From IMG/VR virus record IMGVR_UViG_2974782369_000001, positions 1 to 64,000 of that record: DNA of 64,000 nt; one strand, given 5' to 3'. A program made the position numbers and the translations under genes. The notes beneath the pieces were generated by a model, which saw nothing but the letters and a program-made list of their open reading frames with translations, was not told the origin of the DNA and made no database searches. How positions within the stretch are numbered: the first letter of the stretch is position 1; every line of letters starts with the position of its first letter. This stretch comes from a virus. Lineage: Duplodnaviria; Caudoviricetes. This document shows positions 1 through 9,583 of this stretch, piece after piece.

Positions 1-3000
1 TATTCTCTAATCCAATCAACCGTGATTAAAGATGTGGATACAGTTACTTTTCCAAGACCAACATTGATATCCGCCGCATTTGCAGTTGCTGCCGTTTCAA
101 GAGTAAAGAAAATACCAGACTCACTTACAATAAGTGAAGTGATCTTCTCGGATCTAGTTTCCGACGCTAACTTTCTCTTCGACACAAAAGATCCAGCAGT
201 ATCAATTACTGCAAGGAATGCATCATATGGAGCACCAGAGTTAGTATTTGTATACCCACCAATAAGCACTCTAGTGTTGCTGATAGGAGCAATAGAAGTT
301 ACAACATCCTGTCTGGTAGATCCAGAAATACCTGCATATGCTCTTTGGAAGTTGAGAGTTGCATTCAAACCATTTGCATCTTGCGTGTAGTTTGCAACAA
401 TAACATCTGGATTATATGCATCCAATACAGAAATATTTGGTCTGCTGTTACCAACAACCCAAACATCATTTCCATTGACATACAATTTATCAAACTCAGT
501 ATATTTTGTGCCTGCTGGAGCAGTTGCTTCTAAAGTTTTTTGCCACTCGATAGATCCCGTGGCGGAAAGTTTTGCTACAAATGCAACCGTATCACCAGAA
601 GAATCTAGAGATTTACCACAAACAAATACTTCTTTAGAAGTATTGACTACAATATCATTAATACTGACATAGTTATTATTTTCAAGAAGAGCAGCATAGT
701 AATCGGCTTTCTTGAAAATTTGTGGGTGACTTAGAATTAGTCTTGGATTGCTGGTGTATCCATATCCAGAATTGATAATGTTGAATTCTGAAATAGATCC
801 GACACTGGTAACTACTGCTTCAACCTCGCCAGATTCCCCAACTCCATCAACAGTAATTGTAGGGGGAATATCAGTATTATAACCACTACCAGTTTGAGTT
901 ACTTTAATTTCTTCGATTCCCCTATACTGACGAACCTTGAAGGTTTTATTTGTGTCATTCATTACAGGAGTATAGTCAACAAAGACTGTATCTCCACCGA
1001 TTAGATTGTGAGCAACATCTGTGGTTAAAACACCATAATTAATACCTTCGATTGTTTCATAATTATAGTTGGTGATTTTCTCACCTTTAATTCTAGAAAC
1101 TCGTGCAGAAACACCAGTGCCATCCGTATTTGTATTATCAAATACCAGTCTGTCATTTACCTGATAATTTTCACCAGCATTTTCGATTGTGAATCCAGTT
1201 ACAGAGGCATCTTCAAATTTAGATGTAGTTTCAACTTCAATATCAACTTTAGAGTCTACTTTAACTTTAGGGAAGTAATCATAAAGTTGTAGTGGTGCTT
1301 CTTCAAAAATTTGATCTGGATCATCGATTTCATCTTGAGTAATCACACCATCCCTATTTTCGTCTTCAACGTCAAACGTTAAGAAGTCTCCATTTTCCAG
1401 TGTTAAAGCGTTTGTAGAGGCATTTGGAGTCCTCTCAACGTCAATATCAACGTTTTCATAAGGATCTCTATAGCGAACAACACCAGTTGGGATATTCTGT
1501 TGGACTGCAGCAGAATTAAGATTCCAAATATCTACAACAGAGTTATAACTAGGACCAAGAATGTATGGGAATACTGCATTACCCTCATCAGAAGCGTCAA
1601 TAGTGACAAAGTAGCAATATCTACCCTCTGGATATTCGGGTGTTTTACAGAATCTACCATTATATTGGTCGAGATCTCCACTATCAAAGACATATTCATA
1701 GTCTTCAATAAATGTGCCTGCAGGATCCGTATTTAGACTTGGACCATCAACTCTAGCAGGAGCAATATTAGTGATTTCGTTATAAACAATATTATTTTTA
1801 AGAGCATATGAAGTGGTCATTCTCTTAATCTCAGATCCCTGATTGGTAGGATCGGAATATCCATATGGACCGTAGATTGGATTGCCATCATACGCCCAAC
1901 CAATGATGGGAGAGTGATCCAACTGATCTTCTTGTTCAAGAATTTGACCAGTGGAGGATTGATATAAGTTATCACCAAGAATATATCTCAGTCTCTGTGG
2001 ATTGGAAAGGTGTGCATATTCGCCACCATACTGTGAATTGAGACCTTCAAAGACCGCCCCCTTTGCAGAATCAAATTCTGTTGTTTCTTGAAGATTGTAA
2101 GTCCACTTGAAGACATTAGCAGTAAATTGAGCACCTTGTCCAACAGACGTTAGGTTAATTACTGTTGTGCCCTGAGAGTAACCAATACCTCGGTTTAAAA
2201 TTTCGATACCAGTAACTTTACCAGCATTTTCGCCATCAATATCGATAGTTGCTCTTGCAACAGCACCGAAACCATCCCCTTGAATAGAAATTTCTGGAGC
2301 AGTAGTATATCCACTACCAGCAGAAATGATTGCAATAGAAATAATTCTACCATTGCTAACAATTGCTTGAGCAACTGCGCCTGCACCAGAGCTAAGAATT
2401 ACATCTGGTTCGGAAGTATAAGAAGCACCACCAGAAGTAATATTGACTTCTTTAATTGGTCCTCTAACAGAGGCAGTAGCAGCAGCGCCATTTCCGTTTC
2501 CACCAACAATGGTGATTAGGGGTTGTGAAGTATATCCTGTGCCGCCATTATTTACAAGAATTCTAGAAACAGATCCTTTGGTAATAATTGCTGTAGCAGA
2601 TGCACCAGATCCCCCTCCGCCAACGATAGAAACTAGAGGGGATGAAGTATATCCACTACCACCATTAGTAACTTCGATTGCAGATACAGATCCATTAACT
2701 ACAACAGTTGCAGCGCCACCAGATCCTCCACCGTTTTCAATTGAAATTTGTGGAGGACTTGCAGCATCATACTCTTTACCAGCATTAGTAATTGAGATTG
2801 AAGTAATAGCACCAAATGTCTTGGTTTGAGTAGACTTATAAGACCAAACAGATACACCATTTACCCAGGTACCGATAGATCCAGGTAAAGCAGTAGTTTT
2901 AGTCGAAATGGTCAGTGGATTGAGATCAAATCTGTTTAATTTTCTTTGGTTACCAGGGAGAAGTGCAGATCCAGTAAAAGGTCCAATATTATAGTTTGGA

Positions 3001-6000
3001 ATACCAGTAGAAGCAACATACACATATTTTGTGTTGAAGAAAGTATTCTGAATATTGGTGGTATAAGGACTAATTGTGCTCTGAATTGCAGGATTTAAGG
3101 ATTTACCTTTATTAAGGTCAACGGAGATAAGAATATTACCTTGAGGTTCTACCAAAGCAGGTTGTGGTAGTCTATATTGGAATACAGTTGTAGAGTCCCT
3201 AGAAGTTACTAGGAAAGTTCCATTATAAAGAATTGGGTTAGCACCATATACAGTAACCTGATCACCAACTAAGAGACCATGTGGTGAGGAGCAGGTAACT
3301 GTTGCCGATTGATCATTAACACCACCAAATGTGATGCTTTCAACCTGCAATAATTTTTTAACGTTATATAACCACGTTGTTAGAAGTGGATCCTGTGAGG
3401 TACCGCCAAGTTTAGAGATTGATAGTTTATCTCCTGGTAGATAGTAGGATCCAGTATCTGTAAGTGTTGTTTGTTGTGCATCAACAATACCAACAATATC
3501 CATGACGACTTCTTGATCAGTGCCACGATTCAAGTAAACTTTAAAGTTTGAAGTTACTTCAGTAGCAGAGTCCCAAATTTGAGGTGTGCCAATAACACCT
3601 CTCGTGCATTCAATAAACTGGTTTAGAGATTTTTCTTTATAGCGAATAGTTTCTGCACCAGCAATTACAATTTCACCGTTTCTTTCTGGCCAACCAACAG
3701 TTGAGTCAACAGTAATAATACTAGAAGTTTCACTTAACTCTTCAGCAAGTCGAGTTTTATATGGGACAACAAAATTACCTTGAATTGTTTCTTCGGATAA
3801 AACAATCTCATAGATTTCATCTTCAGAAGTTTTGATGGAAATGAAGTTTTCAACCAATGCGCTGGCATTACCAACATTAGCATCTGCAATATCAGCAAGT
3901 TGCTCAATCAAAGCATCTTTGATATTTGTTGGAGATCCAGAAACCAATTTTGCTCTAAGAATAGTATTAATAGACCAAGTAGCAGAAGAGGGTTTGATGA
4001 TTTGGTCTTTTGGATACGAAAGTGCTACGGTTTCGCCATAGAGAAGTTTAAATAGATATTCTACACTAAATGCAGTACCTTTTGTAGAATAAAAAGTTTT
4101 AATGTTTTTGATCGCGGTCCTGACATCAATACTAGAATAATCCAGTTGAGGAACATCAGGAAGATACTGCTCAGTAAATTTATCAAGAAGTCTCTTTACA
4201 AATAAACCATCCAAACAGGAAACCTCGGTGTTAACCGAATGTGCTGCTGCTATAGTATTACCAGAAAATTTTACATTGCCATCCTCAGTATAACCAGTAA
4301 TTCCACTAGCAGCTCTTGCACAACCCTCAAAACGACATTTTTTATATCCAGATCCATTCTCAATGACAGAGAATCCAGTAATTTGACCCAAACCAACTTC
4401 TACCGATGCTTGAGCTTTTGGTGGAGACTGGATAATAACTTTTGGCGGAAAATCAGGACTATATCCACTACCAAAATTAGTGATATTGATATCAGTAATT
4501 TGACCATTAAAAATTGCAGCTGATGCTGTTGCACCAACGCCACCAGCATATGCTCCAGTGATAGGATCTACTCTTTCATCAACAATGTAAACTGATGGGA
4601 TGTCTTCGTAACCACCACCGCCTGTCAATAATTCAATATCAACAACTCTGCCATTTCCATCAACTCTAGTTTCTAAAACTTGAGCGCCAACGGGATCAAT
4701 TACCGCAATTCTAGGAGTAAATTCATATCCCTGACCAGCATTTAAAACATTAATAGATGTAACTACACCATCGGTCAAAACTGCTTGCAACGAAGCTCGA
4801 ATACCATTTTCCCCAGTTGGTTCGTCAATGTAAATACTTGGAGGTGTTGTATATCCTTGCCCACCATCACTGATAACTGGACTACCAACAATAGATCCAG
4901 CAATAATTGTTGGGGGTAGTAATTTTGCACCACCAGGCTGCACAAAAGTCAATCTTGGAGTAAATGTATACCCATTTCCAGAATTAAAAATTTCTAAAGA
5001 AGTTACTGATCCATTTGTAACAGTTGCTTTGATTTCCGCAGTAACACCATCAGATCTAGTAGGATCTTCAATAGATACCGTTGGTGGATTGGTATCGCTA
5101 TAACCCCTACCACCAGCAAGGAGTTGGACTGACTTTATGCCATTAATTAGTGGTTTTACTGAAGCATATTGACCAGAATCGGATTTGATTGAAATTTTAG
5201 GAGGATACTCAATTCTATAATTACTACCACTAGAGCTAACCTCAACAGAAGTAATCTCCCCTGCGTCATTGACTCTAGTATATCCAACAGCACCAGATCC
5301 GAAGGATGGAATTGGTGCCTCAATAGCAAATAAAGATAGCACCCTACCAGCAACTGGCTCAAACCGTAAAGTAATTACATTGGCATCAAGAGAATAGTCA
5401 TCTTTTGGTGTTAAAAGTTGACCATCATAATATGCAACAATATATTCATCAACGATTGGTTGGTAGTTATTACCATTTCTTGTCAAAGCAAATGATCTTT
5501 TGCCAATATCAAATTGACCAGAAAGATCATCTAAAACGTAGATAGTATTTTCTACAAAACCATTGTAGAAAATGATTGATGTATTAACATTATCATCAGA
5601 AATAAGTCTTGCTCTAGGAGCAGTTGTGAACACAACATTACTACCAGAAACTGTAAAATCAACACCTGGGATTAAGTATCTTCCATACAGTTTAATTTGT
5701 AGGTGTTGTGCTGATGGAGGAACAACAGGATTATCTTGAGATGTTAACGGAAATGTAGTTGTTACACCGTCAAAGGAGTTAATTAGATTTGCTAAGATAC
5801 TCCACTTTAACTTAACTTGATCGTAAGAAATGCCAGGACTCAGAGCAACACTAGGAGAAGGAATTGCCTTCTCATAAAAAATGACCTCATCACCAATCAA
5901 AATTGTGCCATCATTTTCTAGAAAACTATCAATATTTTCTACAACGATAGTATCTTCTGTTGTGGAGACTGATTCTACAACTTTGGTTTTGCCATCAAGA

Positions 6001-6185
6001 ATATCTACATCTAGTTTATCAATATCCAGATATTGTAAAAACTGATTTAGAATATTTTGACCATATCCTGTTTTTTCTTGAGATTTGTAGTAATACTCAA
6101 GAAATTTGCTGAATAGTGGATGCGAATCCTCAATAAACTGAGGAGTTAGAGATTTGACAGATTGTGAAACCTTATTAATAGTCAT
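1..6185 (-). CDS. gp7: Giant baseplate wedge initiator gp7-like protein (partial, runs off the window start; >2000 aa)
   Basis: Missing from the ORF track because it has no stop in the window. ATG at 6185 (MTINKVSQSVKSLTPQFIEDSHPLFSKFLEYYYKSQEKTG...). The same frame is still open at position 3. Many GxGY..P repeats; lies directly downstream of gp6. Confidence 0.85.
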   Translation of the reverse strand, partial: MTINKVSQSVKSLTPQFIEDSHPLFSKFLEYYYKSQEKTGYGQNILNQFLQYLDIDKLDVDILDGKTKVVESVSTTEDTIVVENIDSFLENDGTILIGDEVIFYEKAIPSPSVALSPGISYDQVKLKWSILANLINSFDGVTTTFPLTSQDNPVVPPSAQHLQIKLYGRYLIPGVDFTVSGSNVVFTTAPRARLISDDNVNTSIIFYNGFVENTIYVLDDLSGQFDIGKRSFALTRNGNNYQPIVDEYIVAYYDGQLLTPKDDYSLDANVITLRFEPVAGRVLSLFAIEAPIPSFGSGAVGYTRVNDAGEITSVEVSSSGSNYRIEYPPKISIKSDSGQYASVKPLINGIKSVQLLAGGRGYSDTNPPTVSIEDPTRSDGVTAEIKATVTNGSVTSLEIFNSGNGYTFTPRLTFVQPGGAKLLPPTIIAGSIVGSPVISDGGQGYTTPPSIYIDEPTGENGIRASLQAVLTDGVVTSINVLNAGQGYEFTPRIAVIDPVGAQVLETRVDGNGRVVDIELLTGGGGYEDIPSVYIVDERVDPITGAYAGGVGATASAAIFNGQITDINITNFGSGYSPDFPPKVIIQSPPKAQASVEVGLGQITGFSVIENGSGYKKCRFEGCARAASGITGYTEDGNVKFSGNTIAAAHSVNTEVSCLDGLFVKRLLDKFTEQYLPDVPQLDYSSIDVRTAIKNIKTFYSTKGTAFSVEYLFKLLYGETVALSYPKDQIIKPSSATWSINTILRAKLVSGSPTNIKDALIEQLADIADANVGNASALVENFISIKTSEDEIYEIVLSEETIQGNFVVPYKTRLAEELSETSSIITVDSTVGWPERNGEIVIAGAETIRYKEKSLNQFIECTRGVIGTPQIWDSATEVTSNFKVYLNRGTDQEVVMDIVGIVDAQQTTLTDTGSYYLPGDKLSISKLGGTSQDPLLTTWLYNVKKLLQVESITFGGVNDQSATVTCSSPHGLLVGDQVTVYGANPILYNGTFLVTSRDSTTVFQYRLPQPALVEPQGNILISVDLNKGKSLNPAIQSTISPYTTNIQNTFFNTKYVYVASTGIPNYNIGPFTGSALLPGNQRKLNRFDLNPLTISTKTTALPGSIGTWVNGVSVWSYKSTQTKTFGAITSISITNAGKEYDAASPPQISIENGGGSGGAATVVVNGSVSAIEVTNGGSGYTSSPLVSIVGGGGSGASATAIITKGSVSRILVNNGGTGYTSQPLITIVGGNGNGAAATASVRGPIKEVNITSGGASYTSEPDVILSSGAGAVAQAIVSNGRIISIAIISAGSGYTTAPEISIQGDGFGAVARATIDIDGENAGKVTGIEILNRGIGYSQGTTVINLTSVGQGAQFTANVFKWTYNLQETTEFDSAKGAVFEGLNSQYGGEYAHLSNPQRLRYILGDNLYQSSTGQILEQEDQLDHSPIIGWAYDGNPIYGPYGYSDPTNQGSEIKRMTTSYALKNNIVYNEITNIAPARVDGPSLNTDPAGTFIEDYEYVFDSGDLDQYNGRFCKTPEYPEGRYCYFVTIDASDEGNAVFPYILGPSYNSVVDIWNLNSAAVQQNIPTGVVRYRDPYENVDIDVERTPNASTNALTLENGDFLTFDVEDENRDGVITQDEIDDPDQIFEEAPLQLYDYFPKVKVDSKVDIEVETTSKFEDASVTGFTIENAGENYQVNDRLVFDNTNTDGTGVSARVSRIKGEKITNYNYETIEGINYGVLTTDVAHNLIGGDTVFVDYTPVMNDTNKTFKVRQYRGIEEIKVTQTGSGYNTDIPPTITVDGVGESGEVEAVVTSVGSISEFNIINSGYGYTSNPRLILSHPQIFKKADYYAALLENNNYVSINDIVVNTSKEVFVCGKSLDSSGDTVAFVAKLSATGSIEWQKTLEATAPAGTKYTEFDKLYVNGNDVWVVGNSRPNISVLDAYNPDVIVANYTQDANGLNATLNFQRAYAGISGSTRQDVVTSIAPISNTRVLIGGYTNTNSGAPYDAFLAVIDTAGSFVSKRKLASETRSEKITSLIVSESGIFFTLETAATANAADINVGLGKVTVSTSLITVDWIRE

Positions 6186-6190
6186 CTACT

Positions 6191-8233
6191 TCAGAAACAG
6201 GGTTGGAAGGAGAAATCTCCATTATTTGTGATATCGGGAATATCAATAGTTACAGGAGTAACTTCAAAGTCGCTAGGCGCAAGACTATTTAGTGGGATAC
6301 TAGAAGGAAGTGTTGTGCCAATTGGGTTTACAGAGATTGTTGGAATAATAATTTCAATCACTGTTGCTGGATCGGGGACAGTGATTGTTGAAGAGTTTGC
6401 AGGGATAATTTGCACAGCAATTCTAATTTCACCAACGTCTGCTTTTGCTTCGGCGCTAGTATCAACATCATCGGAATCTGCTTCCGTGCCATCAGTGGGA
6501 GTATTCACAGGAAGATTGTTTCCACCAGATCCAATGATTGAAACAGGACCGAAACAAATTTCACCGCTGTCATAGTTTACACTACCTGCAGATGCATTTG
6601 TAACAACTTTCCTATTTCCACTATTGTAGTAAGTAAATAACTTACCAAATCCATCATCCTCAAAATACTGATCGACATTTGGTCTATCTAGAGTCCTAAA
6701 TCTAGAAGACTTAACTACAGGTTCCTTCAAACAACCATCAGAACCGTCCCCAGAAGCGCCAGGAGCACTGTTGTAAAGGGGAGACCCTGTGCTGATACAG
6801 TATGTGTTGGTTTCAGCGAGTGCAGGGTTAATATACTTAACGATAGAGATCTGACTGGTAACGTCAGCGATGCATCTATCAGAAAGAGTAATTGCTTTAG
6901 TAAATTTGGAAAGACTAAAACTTCCATTGAAGTTATTGATTCCAGTTTGTGCTGCCCAATCAGTAATTGCATTCTGAGCATTGGTTGTGATCCCCGAAAC
7001 TGCTCTAGATGAGCAAGCAGGGTCATAAGTAATAAAGACTCTTGGATAAACATAAATTGAGTCTGCATCAACAATCACTGGTTCGATAGACGCCATAGCA
7101 TATGGTCTCAGTGATTGTGAGATACTCTTTTTAGTAGTATCGTTTAGTTTTGATCCCGATTTTGTCTTAATCCCAACATAAACTTTTCCGTAGATAGGTG
7201 GGACTAATTCATCACCACCAAAAGCAACGACACTCTTTGCATTATCATAAAGTCTCTTAGTGATTACCTCATAATCTTGGGTAGTTACTGCACGATACTG
7301 GGAAGAATAGAATCTAGGAGCATTGAATTTAATTGATTCAATTGTTTCTTCTAAAGATCCAAATTTAGATGTTTCAGCAACAGTTACAGTAGAATCTTCT
7401 GGATCATACGCCTGACCATTACTATCAGTAACACTACCAACAAATGAGAAAGTTGTTACCCCATTTGCTACTGCACCAGATGTTACCAGATAACTCAAAT
7501 CAATTACTTCGCCATCGCCCAGTGCTCTACCAATTACACCATCACCAAAAACAATCTCATATCTCATATCTTCGGTTTCAGACATGAAATATACTCTATC
7601 GGTTGATTTTACATTGGTGATATTTTCTACCAGATTGTAAATATCAGAATCCGTTGTATTTTCGTTTGCTCTTACACTAACTTTTAGTGTTGCGGTATCT
7701 GCTTGAGCAGTTGGAATTGTATATTTTTGCTTAATAAAGTTATTAACAACATAAGAATAGTCGATTAAACTACCCTCTTCAATCTTTACACATCTAATTT
7801 CAGCAATACCTGTTGTTTGATTTACTTCGGCAGTTCTAGACTCTAACAAATTCCATGTATAATTGCCACCTGTTGCAATAGGACCTGCTGCAAGAGTGAC
7901 ATTGTTGGGATACACACCAGCAGTTTGAATGGTTTGAATTTCTAGATGCAAATATGCTTTAGATGCAACAATAGATCTTGGTGTGTAATTTAAAAGTTTT
8001 GCAATATTGACTACATTATCACGAATAGTAGATGAAGACAAAAATGCTTCATTCATAGACATATTTGCCATGAATGAAGAGTAGTATGTATTATATGCTA
8101 ATAGATCTACCAAGTATGATAGGCTAGACCCATTAAAGTCATAATCCGTAAACTCTTCTCGAGTTCTAAGATATGACCTGATTGAAGACTTAATATCCTC
8201 AAAATCTAGTGCTGTTAAATTATTTGGTTGCAT
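6191..8233 (-). CDS. gp6: Baseplate wedge subunit gp6
   Basis: N-terminal LDFEDIKSSIRSYLR...FTDYDFNGS.LS.L.DLLAYNTYY and RAVT..DY motifs typical of T4 gp6; between gp25 and gp7. Confidence 0.95.
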   Translation of the reverse strand: MQPNNLTALDFEDIKSSIRSYLRTREEFTDYDFNGSSLSYLVDLLAYNTYYSSFMANMSMNEAFLSSSTIRDNVVNIAKLLNYTPRSIVASKAYLHLEIQTIQTAGVYPNNVTLAAGPIATGGNYTWNLLESRTAEVNQTTGIAEIRCVKIEEGSLIDYSYVVNNFIKQKYTIPTAQADTATLKVSVRANENTTDSDIYNLVENITNVKSTDRVYFMSETEDMRYEIVFGDGVIGRALGDGEVIDLSYLVTSGAVANGVTTFSFVGSVTDSNGQAYDPEDSTVTVAETSKFGSLEETIESIKFNAPRFYSSQYRAVTTQDYEVITKRLYDNAKSVVAFGGDELVPPIYGKVYVGIKTKSGSKLNDTTKKSISQSLRPYAMASIEPVIVDADSIYVYPRVFITYDPACSSRAVSGITTNAQNAITDWAAQTGINNFNGSFSLSKFTKAITLSDRCIADVTSQISIVKYINPALAETNTYCISTGSPLYNSAPGASGDGSDGCLKEPVVKSSRFRTLDRPNVDQYFEDDGFGKLFTYYNSGNRKVVTNASAGSVNYDSGEICFGPVSIIGSGGNNLPVNTPTDGTEADSDDVDTSAEAKADVGEIRIAVQIIPANSSTITVPDPATVIEIIIPTISVNPIGTTLPSSIPLNSLAPSDFEVTPVTIDIPDITNNGDFSFQPCF

Positions 8234-8239
8234 TAGTAA

Positions 8240-8656
8240 TTAGGGTCTTTCTAAGACAAACTGAACTGTTTGCGTGATGGGCAATCCTATAATTTGATAT
8301 TCTAGAGTTACTTCAATAGAATTTTCATCATAATTTAGAGTACACTCTAAATTTGTCACTACTACACGTCTTTCATTATTCTTGATTGTATTTAGGATCT
8401 CAGTCTGAAGAGTATCTACCAAAAAAGGATCTAGGGGCTCAAAAAGCAGTTGAGAGACCCTAGATCCAAATTTAGGATTAAATAATTTTTCTCCTGGAGC
8501 AGTCAAAATAAGATTTTTGACTGCTTGCTTAATTGCATCAGCATTATTGACAACAGCAACATCCGAAGTAAAGGGATTTCTAACCAAATTAGTAGAAATG
8601 TCTCTAAAACTTCTAGATTTTTTAAAATCTTTGCCAGTAATGTCTTTTAATGCCAT
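8240..8656 (-). CDS. gp25: Baseplate wedge subunit gp25 (GPW/gp25 family)
   Basis: AIKQAVKNLILT.PGEKLFNP.FGS....LLFE motif. Confidence 0.95.
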   Translation of the reverse strand: MALKDITGKDFKKSRSFRDISTNLVRNPFTSDVAVVNNADAIKQAVKNLILTAPGEKLFNPKFGSRVSQLLFEPLDPFLVDTLQTEILNTIKNNERRVVVTNLECTLNYDENSIEVTLEYQIIGLPITQTVQFVLERP

Positions 8657-8832
8657 CTTTCCACATAATCGTCAAACCCACCTTTGCCACCACACCATCT
8701 TGAGCTACGATCTTGAGGGGGAGAATTTTTATTAACTCTCCTCAAATACACATCCGATCTTGGATCAGTTATCAAAGTCATTCCTGACTCAATGAAATCT
8801 TTACTTTGATCTGGAATTGGGTTGTTGGCCAT
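8647..8832 (-). CDS. Small hypothetical protein upstream of gp25
   Basis: ORF track; translationally coupled to gp25; late-promoter-like CATAAATA upstream at about 8889-8896. Confidence 0.7.
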   Translation of the reverse strand: MANNPIPDQSKDFIESGMTLITDPRSDVYLRRVNKNSPPQDRSSRWCGGKGGFDDYVERWH

Positions 8833-8900
8833 GTTTACTAAAACTCTGGTTTACCAGAACTTTTAGAGGGGTTTCTATCCCTGAAGATTATTTATGGCAG

Positions 8901-9047
8901 TTATCGCCCTTGTCCACGATAACGCTTCTTTGCACAATTACGACTGGTAGCAGAATACTTCGTATTCTTGCTAGATCCTTGTCGAGTGGTTTTGGGTTTC
9001 GATTCAATAATTTTCTTGCCGCTGAGACCAACTTTTGCTTTTGCCAT
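8901..9047 (-). CDS. Small basic protein (48 aa)
   Basis: Read manually: MAKAKVGLSGKKIIESKPKTTRQGSSKNTKYSATSRNCAKKRYRGQGR; fills the gap between PAAR and 8832. Confidence 0.75.
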   Translation of the reverse strand: MAKAKVGLSGKKIIESKPKTTRQGSSKNTKYSATSRNCAKKRYRGQGR

Positions 9048-9049
9048 AA

Positions 9050-9565
9050 TTAAACTCCAATAAGTACGTTAACTGCCCCTGTAGCAATCAGGGAAAGGCA
9101 GGGAGGACCCAAAGGGTCTGCTACCCTACATGCTCTTCTACCATTCATAAAAACGGTCGCACAAGTTGCTTTAGCAACTCTAACATGCCCTCCACCCCCT
9201 GCAACATCCTCAATACATAAAGATCCTGTTGGACATATTATTGCTGATGGTATCGGATCACACCCCTTAAATTTTATCAATTGTGTACATTTTGATGGGT
9301 GGTTAATTAGCGCATCCTGATCCACGATAGGAATATTACCATTAACAACAACATTGAAAACCGTTGTCATAACAGCAAGAGGTGTTTGTGGCCACGCTGC
9401 CCACATATTTGTTGCATTCATGACAGCAACTGATTTTTTCGTTTTCACCAGTCCGCACTCAGTGCCACAAGGTTCAACCGAATGGACATTTAGAGGAACA
9501 CAAATTCCATGTCCAGAGCATTTACCAATAAAAACAGCACAAGGTAGTCCTGCAGGGGATGCCAT
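9050..9565 (-). CDS. PAAR-domain spike tip protein (gp5.4-like), Cys-rich
   Basis: SGHG near the N-terminus, VVVNG..PI and VFMNGRRACRVAD..., IATGAVNVLIG C-terminus. Confidence 0.8.
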   Translation of the reverse strand: MASPAGLPCAVFIGKCSGHGICVPLNVHSVEPCGTECGLVKTKKSVAVMNATNMWAAWPQTPLAVMTTVFNVVVNGNIPIVDQDALINHPSKCTQLIKFKGCDPIPSAIICPTGSLCIEDVAGGGGHVRVAKATCATVFMNGRRACRVADPLGPPCLSLIATGAVNVLIGV

Positions 9566-9583
9566 ATTATAACCCGACCTCCG

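Noticed and set aside
22-5362. Many short ORFs in the track
   Set aside because: All lie within the single minus-strand gp7 frame that the track missed.
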